Below are positions 1 through 10,590 of a stretch of 51,712 nucleotides of DNA, piece after piece. A program made the translations under genes and the position numbers. Position 1 is the stretch's first letter, and each line of letters begins with the position of its first letter. Source of the stretch: Scenedesmus sp. PABB004 (Eukaryota); assembly GCA_014905635.1 (NCBI GenBank), contig JABVCE010000021.1, positions 682,001 to 733,712 on the forward strand, read 5' to 3'. The notes below the pieces were generated by a model. That model made no database searches. It was not told where the DNA came from and saw nothing but the letters and a program-made list of their open reading frames with translations.

Positions 1-1694
1 GTGCTCGCGCGGGCGGGCGTGGCGCGGCGCGGTGCGCCGCAGCGAAGGCGGCGCGCTGCCCGTCGAGCCCCCGCCCACGGCCGCAGCGCGCGCACCTGCA
101 GCGCCACGCCACGCTCTGCTGCTGTGTTCAGGCTGACGATGCCATCATCATCCACCTCGCCCCAGCCGGCCAGCGCCGAGGGGGCGCCGCCGCCGCCGCC
201 GCCCGGGCCCCCTGCAGCGCGCGCGCTGGCGCTGCCGCCGCCAGCGCGGCCGCCTCTGCCGCTTCCGCCGCCGCCGCGCCGTCGGACAGGCCCTGCCGCC
301 CGGCGACGACGCCGTCTGGCAGCGGCAGCACCTGCGGGCGGCGCGGGCGGCGCGGGCGGCGCGGGCGGCGCGCGTCGGCCGCCGCCGTGGCGGCGCGCGG
401 GGCGCCGGCGCCCCCGCGCGCGCACCTCCGACACGCCGTGGGCCGCGAGCTCCTGGACGAGCAGGTGGGTCTCCAGGTCACTCTCGCCCTCGCGCGGCCC
501 CGGGCCCGGCCAGGCCTGCTGCTCCGCGACGCGCAGCTCAAAGCCGCGCAGCCACGCCCAGCTCGCGGCGGCGGCGGCCTCGCGCGCGGCCGCGCTGCCG
601 GCGGCCATCAGGGCAGGGATGCCCGAGTCGCCCGGCGCCGCCTGCATGACCGCGGCCATCGCGCGCGGCTGCACCGCCTCCAGCGCCTCGACGTCTTGCA
701 GCAGCTCCACGTCGGCCGCGCTCCACGGCAGCTCCTGCACGCAGCGCGTCACCTGCGGCGGCGCGGCGCGCGCTGGCTTAGTCGGCCGCGCCGCGCGGGC
801 GCAGCGCCGCCCTGCGAGCGCGGGCGCGCTCGCCTTGAAGCGCGCCACGGCGGTCGCCAGCACGAGCAGCTTGCCGTCCCGCAGCCGCGCCGCGCGGGTG
901 ACCTGCGCCAGCGGCGGCGGCAGCCGCGGCGGTCGCAGCCGCGCCGCGCTGCGCTCGCAGGGGCCGGCCGGCCGGGCGGCCGCCCCGCGCCGGGCGCCGC
1001 GGCGCCGCGGCACCGTCGCCCGCACCTGCACCAGCACGCCGATGAGGGGCGCGCGGGAGCCGCTGACGAGGCGGTGCTGCGGCGACCCCAGGCTCCTGCT
1101 GCCGCCCGGCAGGTACAGGTGCCCGAACAGCCACGGCCGGCCGGCGCTGAAGATGGTCTCAAACATGTGCACGTAGTGGGGCGCCATGACGTGAAGAAAC
1201 TCCTGCGCGTCCCCCCCGACGACGAGGTCGCGCCGCCGGCGCGCGCCGCGGGCCGCTGCGCGCGCCGGGGGCCGCTGCCGGCCGGCGGCCGTCCCACCGC
1301 TGCGCCGGCCCCGCACCTGCATGCACGGCAGCACCGCCCACTCGGTGCGCCAGAGCGGCAGGCGCTCGATGCGCGTGCCGCCCGGCGGCGCGCGAGTGCC
1401 GCTGCCACGCGTCGCGGCCGCCGGCTCGCCGCCAGCGTTCTTGAAGAAAAGCTGTGTTAGCCGCCTGGCTTGGTCCCGCAGCGCCTCCGCGCCGTTGTCG
1501 TGCTCGCCGGGCTCGCCGGCGGGCTCGCCGCGGGCCGCGGGCGCGCGCGAGCAGCGCCGCCGCGCCGCGGCGCGCCCCAGCGCGCCGGGCGCCCTGGCCG
1601 CCCTGGCGCGCCCGGGAGCCAGCAGCAGCGGAGCCGCTCGACCGCCGCTGGCGGGCGCCAGCGCGGCGCGCGGAACGGCCCCAGGGCCGCACAT
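1..1694 (-). CDS. Lon protease N-terminal (substrate-binding) domain protein, multi-exon, 3' end runs off the window; probable organellar transit peptide
   Basis: Spliced minus-strand exons read RLPLWRTEWAVLPCMQ|EFLHVMAPHYVHMFETIF...APLIGVLVQ|VTRAARLRDGKLLVLATAVARFK|VTRCVQELPWSAADVELL, matching the LON_substr_bdg pattern (LPL..V.P...L....P.Y..M; DG....A.g..RF). ATG at 1694 is followed by an Ala/Arg-rich leader. Confidence 0.7.
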   Translation of the reverse strand, partial: MCGPGAVPRAALAPASGGRAAPLLLAPGRARAARAPGALGRAAARRRCSRAPAARGEPAGEPGEHDNGAEALRDQARRLTQLFFKNAGGEPAAATRGSGTRAPPGGTRIERLPLWRTEWAVLPCMQVRGRRSGGTAAGRQRPPARAAARGARRRRDLVVGGDAQEFLHVMAPHYVHMFETIFSAGRPWLFGHLYLPGGSRSLGSPQHRLVSGSRAPLIGVLVQVRATVPRRRGARRGAAARPAGPCERSAARLRPPRLPPPLAQVTRAARLRDGKLLVLATAVARFKASAPALAGRRCARAARPTKPARAAPPQVTRCVQELPWSAADVELLQDVEALEAVQPRAMAAVMQAAPGDSGIPALMAAGSAAAREAAAAASWAWLRGFELRVAEQQAWPGPGPREGESDLETHLLVQELAAHGVSEVRARGRRRPARRHGGGRRAPPAPPAPPAPPAGAAAARRRRRRAAGPVRRRGGGGSGRGGRAGGGSASARAAGGPGGGGGGAPSALAGWGEVDDDGIVSLNTAAERGVALQVRALRPWAGARRAARRLRCGAPRRATPARAS

Positions 1695-3266
1695 GGGCAC
1701 TGTGCTGCTGCCGCTGCTGCCGCTGGTTGCGGAGCGCAGGCGTGCCCTGCGCGCTGCAGGCGGGCGGCTCTGGCGCGCGGACGCCTCTCTGCACGCTCGC
1801 ACGCTCGCGGGGGTGTTACGACTCTCGGGCGCCCGCCGGGCGGCACACAACGCAGCACAGCAACGCTGCGCACAAAGAGAGGGTGCGCGTCTGGGCGCGT
1901 TTCGCCGCCGGCGCTCACGCAGCACGCGGTGCCGCCGCCGTGCCTTCTTGGTCTGATGATACAGCAGTGGTGTTGTGTGAAAAGAACACGCAAAAGCATC
2001 GCCGCCCCCGTTGAACGCATGCGCGCCGCCGGCCGCAACACCGCGCGCGCGCGCACATGCCGCCCCCCACAAAAGCATCGGGGCCTCCTCCTCGTCGTCG
2101 TCGCCGCACTGTTGTGTTGTGCTGTGCTTATTCTCGACCGCACACGAATCCCAAGATTCTCTGCCGCTGCACGCTCGGACACCAATGACCGTCCGACGCT
2201 GCAACCAGCACCGAGGCTCGCTCGCGCGAGCCTCCCCGCCGCCCCCACGTCCGGTATAAGGGGGCGCGGCACATCACATCATCACCGCATCATCGCCGCC
2301 GCCGCCGTCAACAGTGCAAGCCCCACGGGTGTTGCAGTGGGGGAAACTGGGTGTGTGTCGCCGTCACGCAGTGCTGCCCGCCGCTGGTCCCTGCTCGGCG
2401 GCCCGCGCCACGTCGTCGTGCCAGCGGCGCCGCGCGCCCCTTGCGCCCCTCGCGCCCGCCCACCCCCGAGCGGCGCCGGCGCAGAGAGATGCTTGCGCGG
2501 CCCGCAATGGATGACGCGTGCTGCTGCTGGTGTGGTGTGATGTGTGGTGTGTCGCCGAGGTGCTTCTTCTTCGCATGCGTGCATCTGCATCGCCGTCAGC
2601 AGCAGCGGCGCGCGGCGTCCGCCCGCGCCCGTCCTCGCCCCCGCCGCGCGCCGAGCTGCCCGCGCGGCGGCACCAGCCCTCCCCCGACGCCCGCGAGAGC
2701 GGCGCGCCCTGAAGCAGCAGGTCGGTCAGCCCGCCGGTCAGAAACAGAGAGAGAGGGAGAGAACCTAACAGGGGGGGAGGGCGCGGCGCGGCCGCGCGTG
2801 GCGCGCGGCCGGCCAGCGGGCCGCTCTGCGGCAGCCCGCCCAGGCCCCCGCCCCGCCGCTGGGAGCTATCTCTCAGGTCAGGGAAAGTGTTGGGCGCCGC
2901 CGCGTGCGCCGGCGCAAAAAAGAAGGTCCCCTCTGGGGACCGCCCCCCAGCACTGGGGGGCCTGGCATGCACACACGCACACACACGCGCGCGCGCGCAG
3001 CCGCAGCCGCCTGCCGCCTGCCGCGGCCCCCACAGGGCGCCTGCCGAGGTCCGCCCGCACAAGAGGAGATAACCGCCCGTTGCTGCGCCGCGGCGGTGGC
3101 CGGCGACAGCAAACAAAATGTGCGGGCGCCTGCATGGCCCCCACCAAACTGGTGATACAGTCGGCGCCTGGCGCCTCGCCACTCGTGCTCCACACAGTGC
3201 GGCGCGCCGCCGCGCGCCCGCGCTGTCGTCTGCGGGAGCGCACCGCCAGCTGCCGCCGCCGCTGGC

Positions 3267-5382
3267 TCAGGACGTCGCAGACCCGACCGCCACGCCGGGC
3301 GAGGCCAGGGCCGCGATCAGCGCGCGGCTGGTGCCGGCGAGCGCGGTGTCCGCGCCGCTGCTGTTGCCGCTGTGCACGCGCGCGCCCGGCGCGCCGGGCC
3401 CCGCCTCGCCGTCGGCGTCGCCGCACGGCGCCGCCGCGGCCGTGGCGCCGCCGGCGCGCGCCGCCGCAGAGAGGGCGTCGAGGCGGGCCAGGCCGAACAG
3501 GCTGACCAGGAACGCGCGGTGGTCGGGCGGCCCGCCGCCGGGGCGGCACGGCGCCGCATGCAGGCGCCACGCCCAGAGCGCGTCACGCACCCTAGGGCTG
3601 TCCGGCCGCCAGGCGTCCAGCAGCATCAGCCACACCGCCTCGCAGAACTCGTCCACCACCCACGGCCGCAGCGCGGCCAGGTCGAGCTGCGCGAGCTCGG
3701 CGTGGACATCGCTGTTGCGCGCCGCGCCGTCGCAGCCGCCGGCCGCGGGGCTGCCGCCCGCCGCGGGGCTGCCGCCGCGCGGCGCGCAGCCGCGCCGCGC
3801 GCCGGGCGTGCTGCTGTTGCTGGGGCTGGGCTCCGCGGGCGCGCCAGGCTGCGCCTGCGCCGGCGCCGCGGGCGGCTCCTGCTTGGGCCGCACCTCGGCC
3901 GCCGCCGGCGCCGCCGCGGGGCGGTGCGGCTGGCCGAGCGGCAGGCCGCCGGGCATGCGCACGGGGATGCCCGCCGCGGGCTCGCCCGGCGCGGGCGCCG
4001 GCACAAACGCGGGCGGCACGCCCGGCACGCCCTGCACTGGCACGCCGGGCACCATCAGCGGCGGCGGGCCGCCAAACGGCGCGAGCGCCATGAGCCCGGG
4101 CGGCACGATGCCCGGCGGCAGCACGCACCCCCAGGGCGCTGCCATCCACGGCGGCATCGGGCACGCCGGCGTGCCCGGCAGGCCCAGCATGCCGGGCGGG
4201 CCGAAGAAGCCGGGCGGCGCCATCACCGGCGGCAGCGCGCCGCCGTCGTGCGCCGCGCCGGCGAGGCCCACGCCCGGCGGCAGCAGCAGCCCGCCCGGGC
4301 CCACCACCAGCCCGCCGGGGCCCAGCATGCCGGGGCACCAGCCGCCGCCCGCAGGCTGCAGCGCGCCGGGGTGCACGCCGCCGCCGCCGCCGCCGACTGC
4401 GGGGGGCGCCTGCTGCGCGCACGCCGCCGGCGAGGGCGCCGACTTGGCGCTGCTGTCGGAGCTGCCGCCCTCGCTGCACGCCGGCGCGGCGTGGCGCGCC
4501 GCCGCCTGGTGGCGCTTGGCCGGCCGGCGCGCGTGCGGCTCCGCGCCGGCGTGCGCGGGCGCCCAGTCGGGCGCGCGCGCCTGCGTCAGCGCGACCATGC
4601 TGTACACGGCCTCCGCCTCGTCCGCGTCGGCAAAGCGCAGCACATCCCTGTACTTGCTGGCAAAGGCCGCAAAGCCGTCGCCGCCCGCCGGCTGCTGCGG
4701 CGTGCTCCGGCGCTTGCGGGTCTCCTCGACCATGTCCTGCGCGCACGGCGCGGCGCGGCGCGGCGCGGCGCGGCGCGCGCAGGCGTCGGCGGGAGATGCC
4801 CCTCCGCCCCGCCGCGCGTGGCTGGCTGCGCCCGCAGCCGCCGGCCGGCGCGCGGTGGTGCGTGGACGGCCCCGCATGCGGCGCTGGCCAGGCGCGCACG
4901 CCACTCCCGGGGCGCCGGTTGGGCGCGGCGCCCGCCAGCGGGGGGCCGAGCCCGCCGCGCCCGCCTCCTCGCCCGCGGCCGCACCTGGTTCAGGAGCTGC
5001 GGCAGGGCCACGCGCTCATCGCCCGCGCTGCTGGTCTCCTCCTCACCCTCCCAGCCTGCGCACGCGCGCGGCGGCGGCGTCAGGCGCCGCGCTCGAATCG
5101 CTGCGCGCCACGCAGGATGGCGGGCGGCCAATCACCGCCCTCACCCGCGCACGGCGCCCGGCGGCCGCCGTGGGAGCTCCGCCTCGTCCCCCGCTCCCCC
5201 TGGCGCGCGGAAGCGGGCGCGCGGGTTGGCGCGCGCGCGCCAGACGGGCGCGAAGGAGCATCCACAACGCCCGCACCGCGCCCCACCGCCCGGGAGGCCG
5301 GCCCGCGCCCCCGAATCCGCCCGCGCGCCGCCCGCACCGTTGGCCTGCGCGCTGAGCCGCCCGGCGACCTCGAGCCACGCAT
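3267..5382 (-). CDS. Hypothetical Pro/Gly-rich protein (start uncertain)
   Basis: Long exon ~3267-4737 (DMVEETRKRR..., Pro-rich centre, helical Trp-rich C-terminal part LRPWVVDEFCEAVWLMLLDAW). An upstream exon at ~4986-5055 (WEGEEETSSAGDERVALPQLLNQ) has CAG/GT boundaries. No family recognised. Confidence 0.45.
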
Positions 5383-5820
5383 GCACCAGGATGCGCGGCG
5401 CTCGCGCCCCGATCCGCGACGCGAAGGCCAGCTACGGACCGCCGGGCATGCGCTGCGAGCGCCTTAGGCGCCGCGGCCCCCGCCCGTGCGTGGCTGAGCG
5501 CGCGCGCGCGGTGGCGGGCGCGTGGCGGCAGCGCGGCCGCCCTAGTCGATCAGGGCACGCCCGGGAAGCGGTCAGCAGTGTGGGGGCCGCGCCGGGGGCG
5601 GGGGCTGCGCCAGTGCGGCGCGTGGCACCAGGCGCCACGGCGGGGTTTCGTCTGTGGCGGCGGCACAGTCGCTGCGCAGTGTGTGCGGCGGGCCGCCGAC
5701 CGCCGCCGCCAGGGGGCGCAGCCCGCGCCACGCCCGGCCGCGCGGCGCAGCCTGCCGCGCACGCGCCGCGCGCACGCGCCGCGCGCGCGCCCGCCGCCTC
5801 CGCGCGACGCCGTCCGGTGC

Positions 5821-6849
5821 TTACACGCGCGCGAGTACACCGCCGCCGCCGCCGCCGGCCGCCGCCGCGGCCTCTAGGCAGAACAGCAGCAGCGCTGGGT
5901 CGGCGCGCTGCGGTGCCCCCGCCTCGCCCGGGCGCGCCGAGCCGCCGCGCGCGCTCGCCGGCAGCGCGCGCAGCTCGGCCCCAAACGCGTCCGCCATGCG
6001 CGCGACGTGCTGCCGCGCTGCCGCCTGCTGCGCTGCCGCCTGCTGCGCCGGCGCCTGGTCGCGGGGCGGCGGTCGCGGCGCCACCGCCGCGGCGGCGCTG
6101 GCCAGCAGCGCGGCGTGCCGGGCGGCTGCGGCGGCGACCGCCGCCGGCGCCTGCGCGTTGCAGCGAGGGAGCTGCAGCTCCCGCACCAGCCGCGCTCCCC
6201 GCCCCTGCTGCTCCTGCGCGCGCTGCCGCTGCTGCCGTGGCTCGGGCGAGGACTGCTGCTGCTGCTGGGGCTCGGGCGACGACTGCTGCTGCTGGGGCTG
6301 CCTCTCCTCCTGCTCCCCCGCCTGCCGGTGCTCGTGCGGGGGCTGCTCCTCCGCCCCCGCCTGGCGGCGCCTCTGCCGTTGCGGGCCGCCTGCCGCCGCG
6401 CTCGAGGCGCCGCTTGCGTGGGCGCGGCGCACCGCCGCGCTCACGGCCGCCAGCGACCGGCTCTCCCAGAGCTGGCAGTGGCGCGGCGGCTCCTCGACCG
6501 CCAGGTCCGCGAGGCGCAGCGCCATCGCCGGGCGGCCTCGCACACCGCCGCCGCTGCTGCCGCTGCTGCTGCTGCTGCCGCTGCTGCGTCGTGCGTGCTG
6601 CTGGAGCCAGCAGTCCAGGCTAGTCTGGGCGGTGTGGAGGGTGCCTGGCGGGCGCGGAGCGGTGGCGGCGCGCGGCGGGCAGCGGCGGCGGCGCGGCGGC
6701 AGCGCAGCCTGCGCGGCCGCGGAGGTGGGTTGCTTGCGGCTGGGCGTCTCTGGTGGTGACGGCGGGCCGACTGACGCCAGGCATGGGTTGCAGAGCTGCT
6801 GGTAGCTGAGGAGACCTCCAGCTTCTGCAGCTGAACCTGGCGCCCTCAT
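5821..6849 (-). CDS. Hypothetical single-exon protein with Gln-rich tract
   Basis: Open frame from ATG at 6849 to TAA at 5821. The stop overlaps a TGTAA motif. Protein-like C-terminal segment HVARMADAFGAELRAL...LLLFCLEAA. Confidence 0.45.
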   Translation of the reverse strand: MRAPGSAAEAGGLLSYQQLCNPCLASVGPPSPPETPSRKQPTSAAAQAALPPRRRRCPPRAATAPRPPGTLHTAQTSLDCWLQQHARRSSGSSSSSGSSGGGVRGRPAMALRLADLAVEEPPRHCQLWESRSLAAVSAAVRRAHASGASSAAAGGPQRQRRRQAGAEEQPPHEHRQAGEQEERQPQQQQSSPEPQQQQQSSPEPRQQRQRAQEQQGRGARLVRELQLPRCNAQAPAAVAAAAARHAALLASAAAAVAPRPPPRDQAPAQQAAAQQAAARQHVARMADAFGAELRALPASARGGSARPGEAGAPQRADPALLLFCLEAAAAAGGGGGGVLARV

Positions 6850-6969
6850 TAAAAGCCGCCCGCGCGCGCCACTCCCCGCCACTCTCCCGCCTTTTGCCGC
6901 GCCAACGCCGCCGCGCACAGGCCCCCTCGCGCGCACACACCCGCGACATCAGCACCGGCGCCCACCACC

Positions 6970-7844
6970 ATGGCCAAGCACGCAGTGGTGAGGCGCGGTG
7001 GCGCGACGCGCTGGGGTTGGCCCGCGCGATCGCCCGGGCCCGCCCGCGCGCGCTGAGCGACCGCGAGTGGCGGGCGCGGCCGGTGGGCGCTGGCCGCCCG
7101 GCCGGTCCGCTGCGCCGCGCCGGGCGGGGCACCGCCCGTGGTGTGCGGAAGATTTGCTGGGAGCTACCGGCGCCGCGCCGCGGCTCGCCGCGTCGCTCAC
7201 GCGCTTCCCGCCCCGCGCGCTGCGCCAGGTCGCGCTGGTGTTTGCCTGCATGCTCGTGGCCGGCATGGCCGCTGACACCGGTGAGTGCCCGCGATCCGCG
7301 CCGCGCCCGCGGCGCCGGGCGGCCCCGCGGGGCCGGGCGGCAGAGTTGCAGCAGCTCCTTGGGCTGCCAGCATCCCGACCCGTCCCCGGCCGCCAGCCCG
7401 CCGCGCGCGCCCGGCGCGGTGGCACGTCGAGCGCGGCCCGCTCCCCCCACGGCCACGGCGCGCCGCCGCGGCAGCGCAGGGCCGGCGGCCGCCGGTCACA
7501 CGCGCTTTGCTCGCCTCACGACCGCCGCCCCGCACGCCGCCGCCGCCCGCCGCTGCGCAGGCCGTGGCCTGCAGCAGGCGGTCAAGTACGACTGCAACGG
7601 CGCGAAGCAGATCAACTCTGTGAAGGGCGCGTGCAACCTGCTGTGCACGTGCGCGGGGTCGCTCAACGCGCTCTACAACTCGCCCAACATGAAGGCCATG
7701 TGCACGAGCATCTGCAACAACTGCGCCGCCGCGGCCCAGAAGTGCGCGCCCGGGTCGCCGCTGCCGCGCGAGTGCAGCGCGGGCACGAGCATCAAGGAGG
7801 TCAACACGTGCATCACCACCTTCCTGCGCGCGCGCAGCGGCTGA
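6970..7844 (+). CDS. Small secreted cysteine-rich protein (~117 aa, 10 Cys in the mature part)
   Basis: Exons 6970-6987, 7229-7280 and 7561-7844 with GT-AG introns splice in frame to MAKHAVVALVFACMLVAGMAADTGRGLQQAVKYDCNGAKQ...TCITTFLRARSG*. Hydrophobic signal peptide, good start context (ccaccATGG), strong codon bias. Confidence 0.8.
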
Positions 7845-8142
7845 GCGCGCGGCCGCGGCGCCCCGGCCGCGGTGTGACATGGTTCCGGGCGGCGCGGACA
7901 ATAAGCCACCGCACTCGCCGGGGCGGCGGGTGCGGCGGCGGCGCGGCGGGGCGGGGCCGCGCGGCGGGCGTGCTGCGGCGCCGGCCCCCAACATGCCTGG
8001 CGACGCGACGCGCCAGTGAACGAATCCCTTTGCGTAACCGATTGTGCGTTACGAGCCACACGCGACCCGCCGCCGCTCCGCCAGCCCGGCAGCCCCCGCC
8101 TGCTGTACAACCCCTGCTGCCGCTGCCGCCCCGGGCGCCGCG

Positions 8143-8961
8143 TCAGCCGCCGGGCGGCGCGCCGCTGCCGCGCTGCACGGCGAGGCCGTCGAACCAGGGG
8201 TGCGCGAGCAGCTGCGGGATGGACGGCCGCTTCTGCCTGTTCTTGTCCAGCGCCTGCATCATGAAGCTCACCGCGTCGTAGGAGAGGCCGCCCGGGTAGT
8301 CGGGCTCCTGCAACACAACACCGCGCGGCGCGTCAGGGGTGCGGGCGCGGGGCGCCACACCGCGTCAGCGGCGCGGGTGCGGCGGGTGCGGGCGCGCGAG
8401 GCCGGGGGCAGCGCGGGGCGGCGGCCGCGTCGCAGCCGGCCTGGCCCCGGCGCCGCGCGCGTCGGCCAAGCACCTTGAAGAGGATGGCCTTCTTCTCCTC
8501 CTCACGGCTGATGCTCTCGTGCGCAGCAAACGGCGCGTGCCCGCACAGCACGTCGTACGCGAGCGCGCCCACGCTCCAGCTGTCCAGCTGCGGGCGCGCG
8601 CGGGGCCGCGCCTCGGCACGCGCGCCGCCGGCCCGCGCGGCGCGCCGGGCGGCGCCCGCGCCCGCCGCGCGCGCTCCCGCCGCGCCGCGCTGCGCCGGCC
8701 CGCGCCCACCTTGAACGACGTCGCCGCCAGCAGCTGCGGCTTGCTGAATGCGTTCCAGATCGTGATGTACTCAGGCGCGGCAAAGCTGAACGTGCCCTCC
8801 AGCTTGAGGACCTGCCTGTTCAGCAGCCGCTCGTCGCCGATGCGCAGGCTGCTGCCAAAGTCGCCGAGCTTCCAGATGCCCGACGCGGTGCGGAACACGT
8901 TTTCGCTCTTGATGTCCCGGTGCACGATGCCCTGCGCGCAAGCCCCCGGGCGGCGGCGGCA

Positions 8962-9014
<53 letters not shown>

Positions 9015-10147
9015 AGCGACCGGGTCGGCCGGCACGGCAGCAGGGCGTCGGCGGCCGCGGCTGCCTGCCGCCGCGCCGCCGCGGCGCCGCGCCTGCGCGT
9101 GCATGTACTGCAGCGCGGTGAGCACGTCAAACACCAGCTGCCGGGCGTCGTCCTCGCGCAGGCTGAGGCGCTGCTTGGCGTTGATGTAGCTGTACGCGTC
9201 ACTCTCGCCTGCGCCCCCCGGCGCCGCGCCGCGTCACGCGACAGGGTCGCGCCGGCGCGCGCGCGGTCCCCGCCGGCGCCGCCGCCGGCCGCCGGCTGGC
9301 TGCGAGCGCGGCCGGGCCGCGGCGGCGCGGCAGCGCGGCGCCGCGCGGGGTTCACCCGCGTACTCCATGAACAGCCGCACGCCGCTCGCGTCCTCCATGC
9401 CCAGAAAGGCCTGGATGATGTTGGGGTGCGCCAGGCTCGCGTGGACCTCCCACTCCTGCTTCACCTGCGCGCGCGCGCCGGCGCGGGGCGCGCAGCGCGC
9501 GTCGGCCGCGCGCGGCGCCGCCCGGCGGCCGGCGCGCCCGGCGCCGGCGGGCGCGCGGGGCGCGCAGGCCCCGCGCCTTGTTCTGCAGGTCTGGGCGGTG
9601 CTCGAGCTTGTCTCGCTTGAAGTGCTTGATGACGACCTTGTCGCTGTGCGCGCGCGACGCCGCGATCTGCACGCTGCTGATGTCGCCGTCGTAGAGCTCC
9701 TCCAGCGCAAAGCTCTTCTCAATGTTGGACCTGCGCAGGTCGAACGCGCGCGGCCCGGGGCGGCGGCGCTCGAGGGCGGGCCGCCGCGCGCCGCGCGGCA
9801 GACGGCGCACGGCGACGCGGGCGGCGCCGCGGCCGCGGCGGCGGCGACCGCGCCGCGGGCGGCGCGCGCTGTGGGACCGCGCGCGGCGGCGGGCCGCGGC
9901 GCCGGGTGCCTCCGCACCGCGTGCGCGACTGCTTGAGCCAGGCGGGGCAGGCGTCCGCTATCTTGGCGCGACTGCTGAAGAAGGGCTTGTAGGACTCCGT
10001 CGGCGGCTCCGCGACCGCGAGGCTCGCCACACCGGCGGCACCGGCGCCAGCAGCGGCCGCCGGCGCCGCGCGGCCGCGCCGCAGCGGCAGCAGCCGCGGC
10101 AGCGCCGCCGGCAGCAGCGCCGCGCATGGGCCGGTGTGCAGGCGCAT
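8143..10147 (-). CDS. Ser/Thr protein kinase, Aurora-like chlorophyte type (start approximate)
   Basis: Exons give VVIK, EWEVHASLAHPNII, MEYA, HRDIKSEN, DFG, GTFSFAAPE, DSWSVG..YDVLCGHAPF and KRPSIPQLLAHPW. The Gly-rich loop is degenerate (LYDGDISSV). Confidence 0.85.
8963..9013. repeat. (GGC)n microsatellite in a kinase intron
   Basis: About 17 uninterrupted CGG/GGC triplets. Confidence 0.9.
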
Positions 10148-10590
10148 GGCGGGGCGCCCGCCGCGCCACGCCCGCCGCGCGCCTGATGCCGCGTTGCTGT
10201 TGCGAGGTTCCGGCTAGCAGTACGGCGCCCCACGCCCGCCCGGCGCGACCGGGCCGCAGCGGGGGCCGCGGGGCGCGAGCCCGCGGTTCGCGGGCGCGCG
10301 GGCACGCGCGCTGCGGAGCCCGGCTGGCAGCGGCGGCGCGCGGGCAGCGGCGACAGGAGGTGGGCGCTGCTGCCGTGGGCGGTGGCGGTGTCGTGGCTGC
10401 TTAGCTCAGGGTCAGGGGGGCGACGTTGCACCACGCTTGGCGCACGCCGCCGCCCGCGCCAACTTGACCGCCGTGCCGCGGCGCAGCGTCCGCAGAAACG
10501 CCGCGCTTCAGCGCACCGCCGCAGGGCGTCGCCGCTCGCTCATTCGTTGCGTCAGGCGCCGCCGGGACTGCAGAGCCCCGCGCAACGCCG

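Noticed and set aside
1700..3260. TATAAG at ~2256 and several ORFs suggesting a plus-strand gene
   Set aside because: No codon-biased exon or recognisable protein was found; treated as intergenic/UTR.
3118..6805. Long plus-strand Arg/Ala/Pro-rich ORFs (745 and 1083 aa) and similar ORFs elsewhere
   Set aside because: Antisense shadows of minus-strand genes in very high-GC DNA.
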